A DNA stretch of 32,000 nt from positions 1,247,459 to 1,279,458 of the forward strand of contig NC_000909.1 in the NCBI RefSeq assembly GCF_000091665.1. The letters run 5' to 3'. The notes below the pieces were generated by a model. That model saw nothing but the letters and a program-made list of their open reading frames with translations, made no database searches and was not told the DNA's origin. Position numbers and translations under genes: made by a program. The stretch's first letter is position 1; each line of letters starts with the position of its first letter. This DNA is from Methanocaldococcus jannaschii DSM 2661. GTDB taxonomy: Archaea > AGJL01 > Methanococci > Methanococcales > Methanocaldococcaceae. Positions 1 through 8,993 of the stretch are shown piece by piece.

Positions 1-1
1 T

Positions 2-1192
2 AGAAAGGAGATAATTGAAGCAATAAAAAATCAAGCTGATAAAATCTGCCATTCAACACTTTTAGGCTGTGGAAACGTCCCATCAATTTTATTGGCAAAA
101 AAATTGGTGGATATAACTCCAAAGCATTTAACAAAGGTATTTTACTCTGAAGATGGAGCAGAGGCAGTTGAAATAGCAATTAAAATGGCTTATCAATATT
201 ATGTTTTAAGAGGAGATAAGGGAAGAACTAAATTTATTTCAGTTAAAGAAGGCTATCATGGGGACACTGTTGGAGCAATGAGTGTTGGGGGGAGTGAATT
301 ATTCCATGGGGTTTTTAAGCCTTTATTGTTTAAAGGCTATCATGCAAATCCTCCTTACTGCTACAGATGCAAATACCACAACTTTAAAGATACTGATGAG
401 AGAAATGAAAAAGGTTGTGAAATGGAATGTTTAAATGAGATGATTAGTTTAATTGAAAAACATGCTGAGGAAGTATTTTGTGTTATCCTTGAAGGAGGAA
501 TTATGGGTTCTGCTGGAATGATTCCATATCCAGATGGATATATTGAAGGAGTTGCAAAGGCATGTAAGGAGAATGATGTAATCTTTATCCTCGATGAGGT
601 AGCTACTGGATTTGGAAGAACTGGGAAGATGTTTTTCTGTGATAATGAAGAGCTAAAAAAGTTGGAGAAGCCAGATATCCTTTGTCTTGGAAAGGGATTA
701 ACTGGAGGCTATTTGCCATTAGCGGCAACTCTAACAACTGATGAAATCTATAACCAATTCTTAGGAGAGTTTGGAGAGAGTAAGCAACTCTATCATGGTC
801 ATACATACACTGGAAACCAACTTCTATGCTCTGCTGCATTAGCAACATTAGAGATTTTTGAGAAGGAGAATGTGATAGAGAATATCCAACCAAAAATAAA
901 GCTCTTCCATAAAGAATTAAGGAAATTAAAGGAACTTGAGCATGTTGGAGATGTTAGAGGAAGGGGTTTTATGGTCGGAATAGAGCTTGTAAAAGATAAA
1001 GAGACTAAAGAACCCTACCCTTACGGTTATAAAGCTGGCTACAGAGTTGCTGAAAAGCTGTTAGAAAAAGGTATCTACATGAGACCAATTGGTAATGTTA
1101 TTATCTTAGTCCCACCATTGTCAATAACTGAGAAAGAGATTATTTATCTATGCGATGCGTTGTATGAAGCTATAAAGGAAGCTGACCTGTAA
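2..1192 (+). CDS. bioA: Adenosylmethionine-8-amino-7-oxononanoate aminotransferase (class III PLP aminotransferase), 5'-truncated by the window edge
   Basis: The frame is open from nt 2, so the TTG at 92 listed in the track is internal. Motifs seen: DEVATGFGRTGKMF, the PLP-lysine context LGKGLTGGY, and YHGHTYTGN. Stop TAA at 1190-1192. Confidence 0.85.
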   Translation, partial: RKEIIEAIKNQADKICHSTLLGCGNVPSILLAKKLVDITPKHLTKVFYSEDGAEAVEIAIKMAYQYYVLRGDKGRTKFISVKEGYHGDTVGAMSVGGSELFHGVFKPLLFKGYHANPPYCYRCKYHNFKDTDERNEKGCEMECLNEMISLIEKHAEEVFCVILEGGIMGSAGMIPYPDGYIEGVAKACKENDVIFILDEVATGFGRTGKMFFCDNEELKKLEKPDILCLGKGLTGGYLPLAATLTTDEIYNQFLGEFGESKQLYHGHTYTGNQLLCSAALATLEIFEKENVIENIQPKIKLFHKELRKLKELEHVGDVRGRGFMVGIELVKDKETKEPYPYGYKAGYRVAEKLLEKGIYMRPIGNVIILVPPLSITEKEIIYLCDALYEAIKEADL

Positions 1193-1196
1193 TAAT

Positions 1197-1371
1197 GGAC
1201 ATTAATTAGGGCTGAAAGCCCTAACTTATAACCAATTATCAAAGCTAAATTATCTAATTAAGGAATATTTAGAAGCCCAAAGGGCTTCTATAAGTGCCTT
1301 ATTTAATTATAAAACTTTGATAATTGGTTAAATGGACGAGTTTTAATGAAACTTTTTCTAAAAGTTTCGAG
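1197..1371. mobile_element. Composite hairpin-rich MITE-like repeat: an outer element interrupted by a 102-bp palindromic element (1229-1330)
   Basis: Hairpins at 1206-1224 (ttagggct/gaa/agccctaa) and 1271-1289 (agaagccc/aaa/gggcttct). Perfect 16-bp inverted repeat taaccaattatcaaag (1229-1244) / ctttgataattggtta (1315-1330). The outer ends match the reverse complement of the repeat at 28266-28306. Confidence 0.7.
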
Positions 1372-1425
1372 GAGATTATTTATCTATATGATTCCTTATA
1401 TGATGCTATAAAGGAAGCCGACTAG
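1372..1425 (+). pseudogene. Relic duplicate of the bioA 3' end; would encode EIIYLYDSLYDAIKEAD-stop
   Basis: 1372-1434 aligns with 1136-1197 at about 53 of 63 positions with one 1-nt gap. The reading frame and a stop codon are retained in the copy. Confidence 0.7.
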
Positions 1426-1454
1426 TAAATAATGAATAGTTATTTTCTATTATT

Positions 1455-2636
1455 TTATAACACCTTCTTTATAGCATTCCAAACTAAAAAACTCTGAGGC
1501 TTTAAAATCCCTTCTATTGGATTTAAGAATAAGATATTTCTTTTAATTAAAAACTCTCTAATTTTTTTAGGTATTTTTATATCCTCTATTTCATAATCTT
1601 CTTTAAATAATTTTAATGCATCAACAACTTTTTTATAAAGTTCCTCATCTTCTTCTTTAACATCCTCTAAGAAATATTTTAACTTTTGAGTAGCATCCTT
1701 AAGCATAAAATCTAAAATATCGTTTAAATTTTCATATCTCAACTTATCAATAACTTTTATTATTAAAACTGGTTTTCCCCCTACATAATTATAGATTAAC
1801 TCTTTATCTTCATTAGTTAAGCTCATGTTATTCTCTTTAGCCAAAAAATCCATAAATTTTAAGGCAGTTTCCTTATCAAAATCATCCACTAAGATATATT
1901 CACCTCGCATAGAGGCAAAGCCTCTATTGCTATACTCCAGAGCGGGGTTGCCAAAGGCAACCCCACTTTCTATCTGGGGGAGTATACCAATAGAGGGGGC
2001 GTAGCCCCCTCTATGGTCATCCACCAAAATATAATCAACTCTATCCTCCAACATTGCTTCATTATAAACTCTCTCTATGAATAAGCTATCTGAACTTAGG
2101 CAGAAAACGTGGCATAGGTGTTTATGCTTGGTTAGAGATACAAAGTAATTAAATAGCTCATAGATTAAGAATCCATTAATTTTCATGTCTCCAATCTTTT
2201 GAAGTTCATCAATAATAATTATTGGTTGCTTTCCTTCTCTTTTAATGTCCATTAAAACATTGGTTATATATCTAAAAACATTTTTAGTTGTTTTCTTTTT
2301 AAAAATCTCGTTTAGAGTATTTTTTGGTATGGGAATGCCATACAATGAAGGTAAGTCATTGATAATTGCCTTAATTACTTCTATAGGGCTTTTATCTCCT
2401 TCATATTCCTCAAACAAAACTTCAATGAAATCATCGTATTTAGAGATAAAAATCTCCCTCAAATCAAAATAAAACACAATGTATTTATTTTTATCTAATC
2501 TATTGTTAATAATCTCATTTATTAAGGCAGTTTTTCCACTATTTATGGAGCCATAGATGAAATAAATCAAATTTGGTTCTCCTTCTATAATAGATAAGAT
2601 TTTATGAATTTCTTTCTCTCTATTGAAGAATTTCAT
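1455..2636 (-). CDS. Archaeal AAA-type ATPase (Arch_ATPase-like) carrying an in-frame repeat insertion
   Basis: Walker A GSINSGKT and Walker B IIIIDELQ. The ATG at 2636 is preceded by GGTGAT, so I prefer it to the track start at 2657. Confidence 0.75.
   Translation of the reverse strand: MKFFNREKEIHKILSIIEGEPNLIYFIYGSINSGKTALINEIINNRLDKNKYIVFYFDLREIFISKYDDFIEVLFEEYEGDKSPIEVIKAIINDLPSLYGIPIPKNTLNEIFKKKTTKNVFRYITNVLMDIKREGKQPIIIIDELQKIGDMKINGFLIYELFNYFVSLTKHKHLCHVFCLSSDSLFIERVYNEAMLEDRVDYILVDDHRGGYAPSIGILPQIESGVAFGNPALEYSNRGFASMRGEYILVDDFDKETALKFMDFLAKENNMSLTNEDKELIYNYVGGKPVLIIKVIDKLRYENLNDILDFMLKDATQKLKYFLEDVKEEDEELYKKVVDALKLFKEDYEIEDIKIPKKIREFLIKRNILFLNPIEGILKPQSFLVWNAIKKVL
1905..2016. mobile_element. 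MITE-like palindromic element inserted in frame within the ATPase CDS
   Basis: Three hairpins: 1909-1927, 1944-1964 and 1990-2014. The two arms are inverted copies of each other (cctctattgCtatactcc vs cctctattgGtatactcc). Flanked by a 24-nt direct duplication, 1881-1904 vs 2016-2039, that encodes YILVDD twice. Confidence 0.75.
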
Positions 2637-2682
2637 AAAAATCACCAAAATTCCCATTATAAAATGAGAATATATAGTAAAT

Positions 2683-3189
2683 TTAATCCTTAATAATTCT
2701 CCTCAAATTAATTGATAACAATGAGCTAATCTTATTAATTTGCTCCTCAGAAATCTCAATTTTTTTCTGTAACAATTTTGATATATCAATCTCTATATAT
2801 TCTTCACCAACATCTCTTGGATGTATTGGAGATATTTCATTAAACACAGAAAAAACTGGGCAGAAGTCATGGCAATATAGGCAATATACACATTTTTCTG
2901 GATTAATTTTTGGTATTTTATCTTTAACATAGTTATCTGTTATTTTAACGGGCTCAATTGGAATCATCTCAATTGCCTTAGTTGGGCAGACGTTGGCACA
3001 TCCCTCACAACCAATGCAGAGTTCTTCAATAACGGTTTTTGGAATCTTAACAGTTCCAGTTAGTATAGCGTTTCTCATCTCTAAGCTTGTGTATCTTCCA
3101 GACCCAAAGATAATTCTCTCCAAATTTTCATATATCCCGGTTAAAAATATCTTGGCAAAGTTCTTTAGTTCAGCCAACTCAATCACCAA
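2683..3189 (-). CDS. 2x[4Fe-4S] ferredoxin-domain protein (EhbK-like by recollection)
   Basis: Two CxxCxxCxxxCP motifs: [12 protein letters not shown] and [12 protein letters not shown]. Lies 4 nt downstream of the polyferredoxin gene. Confidence 0.75.
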   Translation of the reverse strand: MVIELAELKNFAKIFLTGIYENLERIIFGSGRYTSLEMRNAILTGTVKIPKTVIEELCIGCEGCANVCPTKAIEMIPIEPVKITDNYVKDKIPKINPEKCVYCLYCHDFCPVFSVFNEISPIHPRDVGEEYIEIDISKLLQKKIEISEEQINKISSLLSINLRRIIKD

Positions 3190-3193
3190 AATT

Positions 3194-4684
3194 TTATTCT
3201 TTCACTTTCCATTTTCTATGTAGATATATCGCTTTAGTTGGGCAAATATTGTAGCAAGCTCCACAGAACTCACATCTCTCTTTATCAATAACTCCATAAT
3301 CAATGCAATTATTTGGGCAGACCTTGTTGCAGAGACCACACTTTATACAGAAGTCCATATCAGTTCTAATAAATGAGTTTTCTCTATCAACAACCTTTTT
3401 ATAGCCAGTTGTGTTTGGAATCACATCTCTTGGGCAGTGAATAGCACATGTTTCACAAGCTATGCAATTATCAGTAAATAAAACCTCTCCATTACTTCTG
3501 TCTATTATTATAGCGTCTCTTGGACATACATTTGAGCATGTTCCACAGAGTATGCAGTTTTCATCTTTAATTTTCTCCAATTTAACTGTTGTTATTGATA
3601 TTGCTTCTTCTGGACAGTTATTTATACAAATTTCACATAGAGAGCAGCCTCCAACAACTCTATCATCTACAGGACTTTCGCAGGAGTAAAGTTTATTATT
3701 GCCCATAGATGCCTTTGGCATCAAATTTCCTTTATGGATGTATAATCTGCGAAAGTCCTGTTTAATTCTTCTAACATCGTTAGGGCAGATTTTAACGCAT
3801 TCCATACATTTCCAACAAACATCTGGGCTGTAATATAGATGTCCATTCTCAAACCTTAAAGCTCCACTTGGGCAGTGTTCAGCACACAACCCACAATTTA
3901 TACAATAACTTGTTGGTTGGGATGTTTTATCTTCCTTAACTTTAATAACTTTAAAGTTTTCAACTTTTAAAGCATCGTTAGGGCAGATTTCAACACATTT
4001 TAAACAGAGAATGCATTTATTATAATCTACTTCTCCATCTTTAATGGCATCTTTTGGGCAGTTCTCTCCACACAAATTGCAGGATGTGCATGCATCTATA
4101 GAATCTGGGACTATAGTATCTCTTGGACATAAATAAGAGCATCTTAAGCATCCAACGCATTTATCTCTATCAATTTTAATAGATTTCCTTTCTACTTTTT
4201 CAACAACTTTTCCTGGTTTTTCTTCAGCTCTAAATAATTTAACTTTCATAAGATTCTCTAAAACTTTTAAGTATCTCTCTGCTAAGCCTTCTCTCTTTGT
4301 GTTTAACAATTCATAAGAGCTAACTCTTGCATTGTAAGGGCAAACCTCAACACAGACGCCACACATTGAGCAAATTCCCATTGGGAATTTTTTTCCATCT
4401 TTCTCTACAATCTTTATAATTCCAATTGGGCAGACGTTGGCACATATACCGCAACCGTTACATCTCCTTCTATCTACATAATAGCCTCCAAACTCATTCC
4501 TCTTAATTGCCTTGTTTGGGCAGTTTCTTGCACACTCTCCGCATGTTAAACAGCTAAAACTTTTATTATTTAATAAAAATATTGCATCTGTTGGACAAGC
4601 TTCCATACACTTGGATGTTTGTGAGAAAGGACAGGATTGGCATTTCTCCTCTACCCTACATTCATCTAATATAGTTATAATCAT
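3194..4684 (-). CDS. Polyferredoxin with 14 predicted [4Fe-4S] sites (EhbL-like by recollection)
   Basis: 13 canonical CxxCxxCxxxCP motifs plus one atypical N-terminal motif ([17 protein letters not shown]). The ATG at 4684 is preceded by GGGGAGGAAGG. The track start at 4699 is a TTG. Confidence 0.85.
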
Positions 4685-4695
4685 CCTTCCTCCCC

Positions 4696-5154
4696 TCAAA
4701 TTTGTTTTAAGCCATATTTCTCTTTTAAAAAGTCTTTAATTACTTCCAACACATTTTCAGCATCTTTTAAACATTCTTCAGCATCTTCTTTAGTATATTC
4801 TTCCAATGGATTCCAAAGTTCTCCAAAATACGGTTCTGGATACCTTGGCATAACCCAATGTTCTTCTAAGCTTTCTATTTTTGGTATTAGATTTAGTAAT
4901 TTCTCTTTCCATGAATCCTCAATTTTCATCTCGTAGATGACATTCCTAAACACTCCTGAAACTACATGTCTTCTGAAAATAATTCCATTTAAAATTAAAA
5001 CTGCTTTTACAGCTTTTTCAACACATTGTTGGGAGTGATAGACTGAATCTGGATAGTGATTTGTTTTTAGTAGAACTTTTGCCACTTCTAAATCCTCTTC
5101 CGCCCTTTTTATGAATAGCTTAGCATACTTTATATTAAATCCGCTATCTTCCAT
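4696..5154 (-). CDS. HEPN-domain protein (cognate of the upstream minimal nucleotidyltransferase)
   Basis: About 150 aa and helical, with RRH and MPRYP segments typical of PF05168-type HEPN proteins. Overlaps the MNT gene by 25 nt. Confidence 0.75.
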
Positions 5155-5573
5155 TCTTTCTCCTCATCGATAAATATTGGCTTTATTCTTTTAATAATCG
5201 GTTTTATTCTCTCAAGGTAATTTTTCCAGAAGTTATCTCTATCATATATTATTTTATATCCAGTTAAAATACCACAAATCAACGGATTTATACTCTTCAG
5301 TGATAAATCCCTTGGCTCTACCAATATTGGAGAAATGTTAATCCCATATCTATAAATAAACTCTAATACTATGTCCCTTAAAACTTTATGTCTGTCAATC
5401 CTTCTTTTTGGTAAATTTTTAGCAATAACTAATAAATCAACATCTGAATACTCCACAGCAGTGCCTCTTGCATAAGAACCAAATAAAATAATTGAAATTA
5501 AATCATCTCCAAATTTTTGTTTGCATTTTTGTAGAAATTCATCTAAAATATTATTCAACATTTTTTCATCCAT
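5130..5573 (-). CDS. Minimal nucleotidyltransferase (MNT, pol-beta superfamily)
   Basis: GSYARGTAVEYSDVDLLVI, i.e. the G-S-x9-D-x-D NTase signature. Confidence 0.85.
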   Translation of the reverse strand: MDEKMLNNILDEFLQKCKQKFGDDLISIILFGSYARGTAVEYSDVDLLVIAKNLPKRRIDRHKVLRDIVLEFIYRYGINISPILVEPRDLSLKSINPLICGILTGYKIIYDRDNFWKNYLERIKPIIKRIKPIFIDEEKEWKIADLI

Positions 5574-5585
5574 TATTTCACCAAA

Positions 5586-5837
5586 TTAAATCATTTTCCC
5601 TCCAAATAACCTGTTTCCAATAATTATTCCAATTACTGCAGATAGATAAGAGCAAGATAAAGGAAGTAAGTCATAGTATGGAAATGCCTTTAAGAAATAA
5701 GCTATAACTACAGTTAAAATTAAGTATCCAAAAATATTTCCTATTTTATGCCTATACTTAGCTCCCATCAACACTCCAAACAAAAATGCAAGAATTGAAG
5801 GATAATATAAATAGTTTGATAATATTGCATCAAGCAT
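5586..5837 (-). CDS. Small integral membrane protein, part of the Mrp/Mbh/Ehb-type membrane gene set
   Basis: 83 aa with 2-3 hydrophobic helices. Tightly packed with its neighbours on the same strand. Confidence 0.55.
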   Translation of the reverse strand: MLDAILSNYLYYPSILAFLFGVLMGAKYRHKIGNIFGYLILTVVIAYFLKAFPYYDLLPLSCSYLSAVIGIIIGNRLFGGKMI

Positions 5838-5858
5838 TTAAATCACCATTATTCCAAT

Positions 5859-6647
5859 TTATTCCAATTTCTCCTCAGATTTGCTAATTTTTTCAATAAT
5901 AACCTTTTCACAAGACAGTAAGAATGCAGCAGTAGATAACCCTGCTAAAACCTTTAATCCAACTGCAATGTTTAGATATGGAATGATTCCAGCTGTTATG
6001 ATTTCTTTTGGAGCTGGAAAGATAGTAAAGCCATTAATTTCTGTGAAGTTGAATAAATAATATCCTCCAATAAACATTCCAGCAACACCAAGTAATAGAT
6101 AACCTAAAGCTCCCAATGCCTCCAACTTCTCCAAAAATTTATGGTCAAACCATAATGGGCTGTTAGAACCAAAGGCTATAACTGATAGTATAAATGCAGC
6201 AGCAATTAGAGCTCCTCCTTGAAACCCTCCTCCTGGTGTTATATGCCCTCCTAACACAGTTATAATTCCCAATGCAACCATTAAAACACTCATAGGAAAT
6301 GCCAAAAACTTAATTATTGGTGTATATTCTCCCCAACCTTGAAGTGTTATGTAATCATCTGACTCTGGAGCGTGAAATAACTCTTTTAGATAGGTGTTAT
6401 CATATAATGATTTCCCAAACACAATCCAAGAGACCATAACGGCAACAACTAAGACCAAACACTCTCCCAAGGTATCATAAGCCCTCCAGTCAAATATTAC
6501 AGCACACACATAGTTTGGGATTATATAGTGAGTGAGATAAACTTCATTAACTCCTGGACTAATCTGCATGTGTGCTAAACTATATAATACAGATGCCCCA
6601 AATACAAAGAAGGATATGGCAACAGCTAAATCTCTTTTAGAGTTCAT
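5859..6647 (-). CDS. MnhB-domain membrane subunit (Mrp/Mbh/Ehb type)
   Basis: The GGHITPGGGFQGGALIAAAF signature of MnhB-like proteins, plus multiple transmembrane segments. Confidence 0.75.
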   Translation of the reverse strand: MNSKRDLAVAISFFVFGASVLYSLAHMQISPGVNEVYLTHYIIPNYVCAVIFDWRAYDTLGECLVLVVAVMVSWIVFGKSLYDNTYLKELFHAPESDDYITLQGWGEYTPIIKFLAFPMSVLMVALGIITVLGGHITPGGGFQGGALIAAAFILSVIAFGSNSPLWFDHKFLEKLEALGALGYLLLGVAGMFIGGYYLFNFTEINGFTIFPAPKEIITAGIIPYLNIAVGLKVLAGLSTAAFLLSCEKVIIEKISKSEEKLE

Positions 6648-6648
6648 T

Positions 6649-6963
6649 TTACCACCTTGTTGTCATATAGATGCAGAATGCAATTGCCCCCAAGAATATG
6701 GAGAGCCAAAACAACTGGTAGTTTATGGCATTTGAGTTCTCTTCCTTAAACTTAAAGATTAAAGGAGACACTGACAGAGAGAAAGCTAATGCAGCTAAAC
6801 CAAACAAAGTCATCAAAGTTTTTCCATAAACTCTCCCAATAATCAAAGCTCCAAATATAAACAATAAATAGAGAGTAAATTCTCCAGTATAAACTGCTCC
6901 AACTGTGATTCCATCCCCATGCTCTTCTTTATCCAACTTTTTTTGAAAGTCATTATAATCCAT
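6649..6963 (-). CDS. Small membrane subunit (Mrp/Mbh/Ehb type)
   Basis: Hydrophobic. The ATG at 6963 is preceded by GGTGGA. The track start at 6975 is a TTG. Confidence 0.55.
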   Translation of the reverse strand: MDYNDFQKKLDKEEHGDGITVGAVYTGEFTLYLLFIFGALIIGRVYGKTLMTLFGLAALAFSLSVSPLIFKFKEENSNAINYQLFWLSIFLGAIAFCIYMTTRW

Positions 6964-6992
6964 AAAATCCACCAAAAATTAAGTTATTTTGT

Positions 6993-8438
6993 CTATTTTA
7001 AATAATAATTAACCCCTAACTCCTTTGCATAGTCCCAGAGATAGTTTGTTACAATGTCTGGATAGAGACCAATTATTATGCATAGAGCAGTTAATACAAA
7101 CAAGCTAAAGACAGCAAGTTTAGGAACTTCCTTGTTTTGATACTCTTTCAGAGTTTCTTCATCAACTGGTTTTAAGTAAATTAAATAGAATGCCTTCATC
7201 ATTGAGACAAACGTCCCTATACTAACAATAATCATTATTATAGCTATTTCTGGCATATTCACTTGCATAGCTGCTTGGGCAAGCATCCACTTACTCTGAA
7301 ATCCGTTAAATGGTGGAATTCCACTAATCGCAAGCTTTGCACATAAAACCATAAATGCCACAGAGGGCATTAGAGGCAATAAACCTCCCAACTTATGCAA
7401 ATTACTTCCTCTCTTACAGCTTACAATATACGCCCCCAAAAACAAGGCAGATTTATAAATAACGTGATTTATAGCGTGGAAGATACCAGCAACAATTCCT
7501 AATGGTGTTCCTAAAGCTAAGCCAGTAGCCACATAGCCACCTTGACTTATAGCGTGATATGCCAAAAGCTTTTTATAATCACTTTGCAATAACGCCATTA
7601 CAACCCCAAATACCATTGCCAAAACTCCCAATGCAATTAAAACAGCATGAGCACTTGCAAAATAATCTAATCCATTAAATAATTTTAGAATAATTATCAT
7701 CAAGCCAACTAACACAAATTTTGAGTATGTTTGGAGCATTGCAGAGATAAATCCCTTAGACCTTGCGTATAAATCAGCTTTAACGTTGTGGAATGGCGGC
7801 AATCCAGCCCCATAAGCTAAACCAACAATTAGCAACAACAAGCCACCATAAATCATTGGATTATCAACTAACAGATAGTGTTTCATGTCTGTGATGTTTA
7901 GAGTTCCAGTTGAAGCTAATAAGAACGCTATTCCTAATAGCATTAAGGCTGCCGCAACATTCCCCATTATCATATATCTTAATCCTGCTTTATATGCCTC
8001 TTCAGTTCCAGATAAAAATACTAATCCAGCTTGGACAATTGAAACTATCTCAAAGAACACATACAAGTTGAATATATCATCAGCCAAAACTATAGCTGCA
8101 ATACTTGCAAATCCCATTAATGAGAGGGTAACAAACATATTATTCTTTAATTTCTCTCCCATTCCTGTAATTAAAACAAGAGAGGCAATTAAAGACAGAG
8201 TTACAATAATTGCCTGCTTTGCTGGGTTATATAGATAGGCAATACCAGATACCCATCCATTAACAACTCCATGCCCACCAAAGTAATAATAACCATACTG
8301 GCTGATAAATGGCAAAATAATCAAAATAGCAGCTGTAATAAATGTTATATATTTTACTGCTTTCTCTTTTCCATGCAATAAATTCATTATTATTGCCATG
8401 ATTAATGGAAACACTATCATCATCGGCAGATAATTCAT
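6993..8438 (-). CDS. NuoL/M/N- or MnhD-like proton/sodium-translocating membrane subunit
   Basis: 481 aa and polytopic, with LLAYHAISQGGY and GLPPFH motifs typical of PF00361 antiporter-like subunits. Confidence 0.8.
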   Translation of the reverse strand: MNYLPMMIVFPLIMAIIMNLLHGKEKAVKYITFITAAILIILPFISQYGYYYFGGHGVVNGWVSGIAYLYNPAKQAIIVTLSLIASLVLITGMGEKLKNNMFVTLSLMGFASIAAIVLADDIFNLYVFFEIVSIVQAGLVFLSGTEEAYKAGLRYMIMGNVAAALMLLGIAFLLASTGTLNITDMKHYLLVDNPMIYGGLLLLIVGLAYGAGLPPFHNVKADLYARSKGFISAMLQTYSKFVLVGLMIIILKLFNGLDYFASAHAVLIALGVLAMVFGVVMALLQSDYKKLLAYHAISQGGYVATGLALGTPLGIVAGIFHAINHVIYKSALFLGAYIVSCKRGSNLHKLGGLLPLMPSVAFMVLCAKLAISGIPPFNGFQSKWMLAQAAMQVNMPEIAIIMIIVSIGTFVSMMKAFYLIYLKPVDEETLKEYQNKEVPKLAVFSLFVLTALCIIIGLYPDIVTNYLWDYAKELGVNYYLK

Positions 8439-8475
8439 ATTCTCCCTCCAATCTTTTAGAGAAAGTTAAATAGAA

Positions 8476-8832
8476 TTAATCCTCTTTTAGTATTACAGAG
8501 CTTCTGAGTGTTTTATATTTTTTATACAAAATTATAGAGACTCCAAGCATCACAGCAAGCATTGATGCCTCTATAACTATATTTGTCAAAACTAATGCAT
8601 GAGTTAATGGATAAGCAGATTCTTTAGCAAAAACTTCTACAGAAACACCCGGAAGTTTTATTGGGATTGTTCCACCATTGTAACCAATTGCAATTAAAGC
8701 TAAATTAACTCCACTACCTAAAATCTCTAAAGCTATGATTTTTTTCAGAACATTATCAACAAAAAACACACCATATAATCCAATAATAACTAAAAGCCCA
8801 GAAGTTATGAATGATGCCATCTGAAAATCCAT
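8476..8832 (-). CDS. NuoK/MnhC-like small membrane subunit
   Basis: IIALEILGSGVNLALIAIG motif. The ATG at 8832 is preceded by GGTGA, so the start is uncertain between 8832 and 8862. Confidence 0.65.
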   Translation of the reverse strand: MDFQMASFITSGLLVIIGLYGVFFVDNVLKKIIALEILGSGVNLALIAIGYNGGTIPIKLPGVSVEVFAKESAYPLTHALVLTNIVIEASMLAVMLGVSIILYKKYKTLRSSVILKED

Positions 8833-8993
8833 TCTATTCACCAAATAATTTATCATTATCATTAATGACAGATTAGGTTTAACAGTATATAAACATTACG
8901 TTAGCAACCAAAAAGCTAAAAGCTATTAAAAACATAAATATTAATTTGAAGCGTAAAACTAAATTAGACAAAAAATCAAAATGGGTGTTAGAT

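Noticed and set aside
603-893. 96-aa minus-strand ORF
   Set aside because: It is antisense to bioA, which has clear aminotransferase motifs.
2245-4739. Short + strand ORFs at 2245-2472, 2993-3223, 3462-3689 and 4512-4739
   Set aside because: All are antisense to the ATPase and ferredoxin genes. The Cys-motif periodicity supports the minus-strand frames only.
7885-8238. 117-aa + strand ORF, and 8260-8451 on the minus strand
   Set aside because: The first is antisense to, and the second out of frame within, the NuoN/MnhD-like gene. Neither has an RBS or a recognisable motif.
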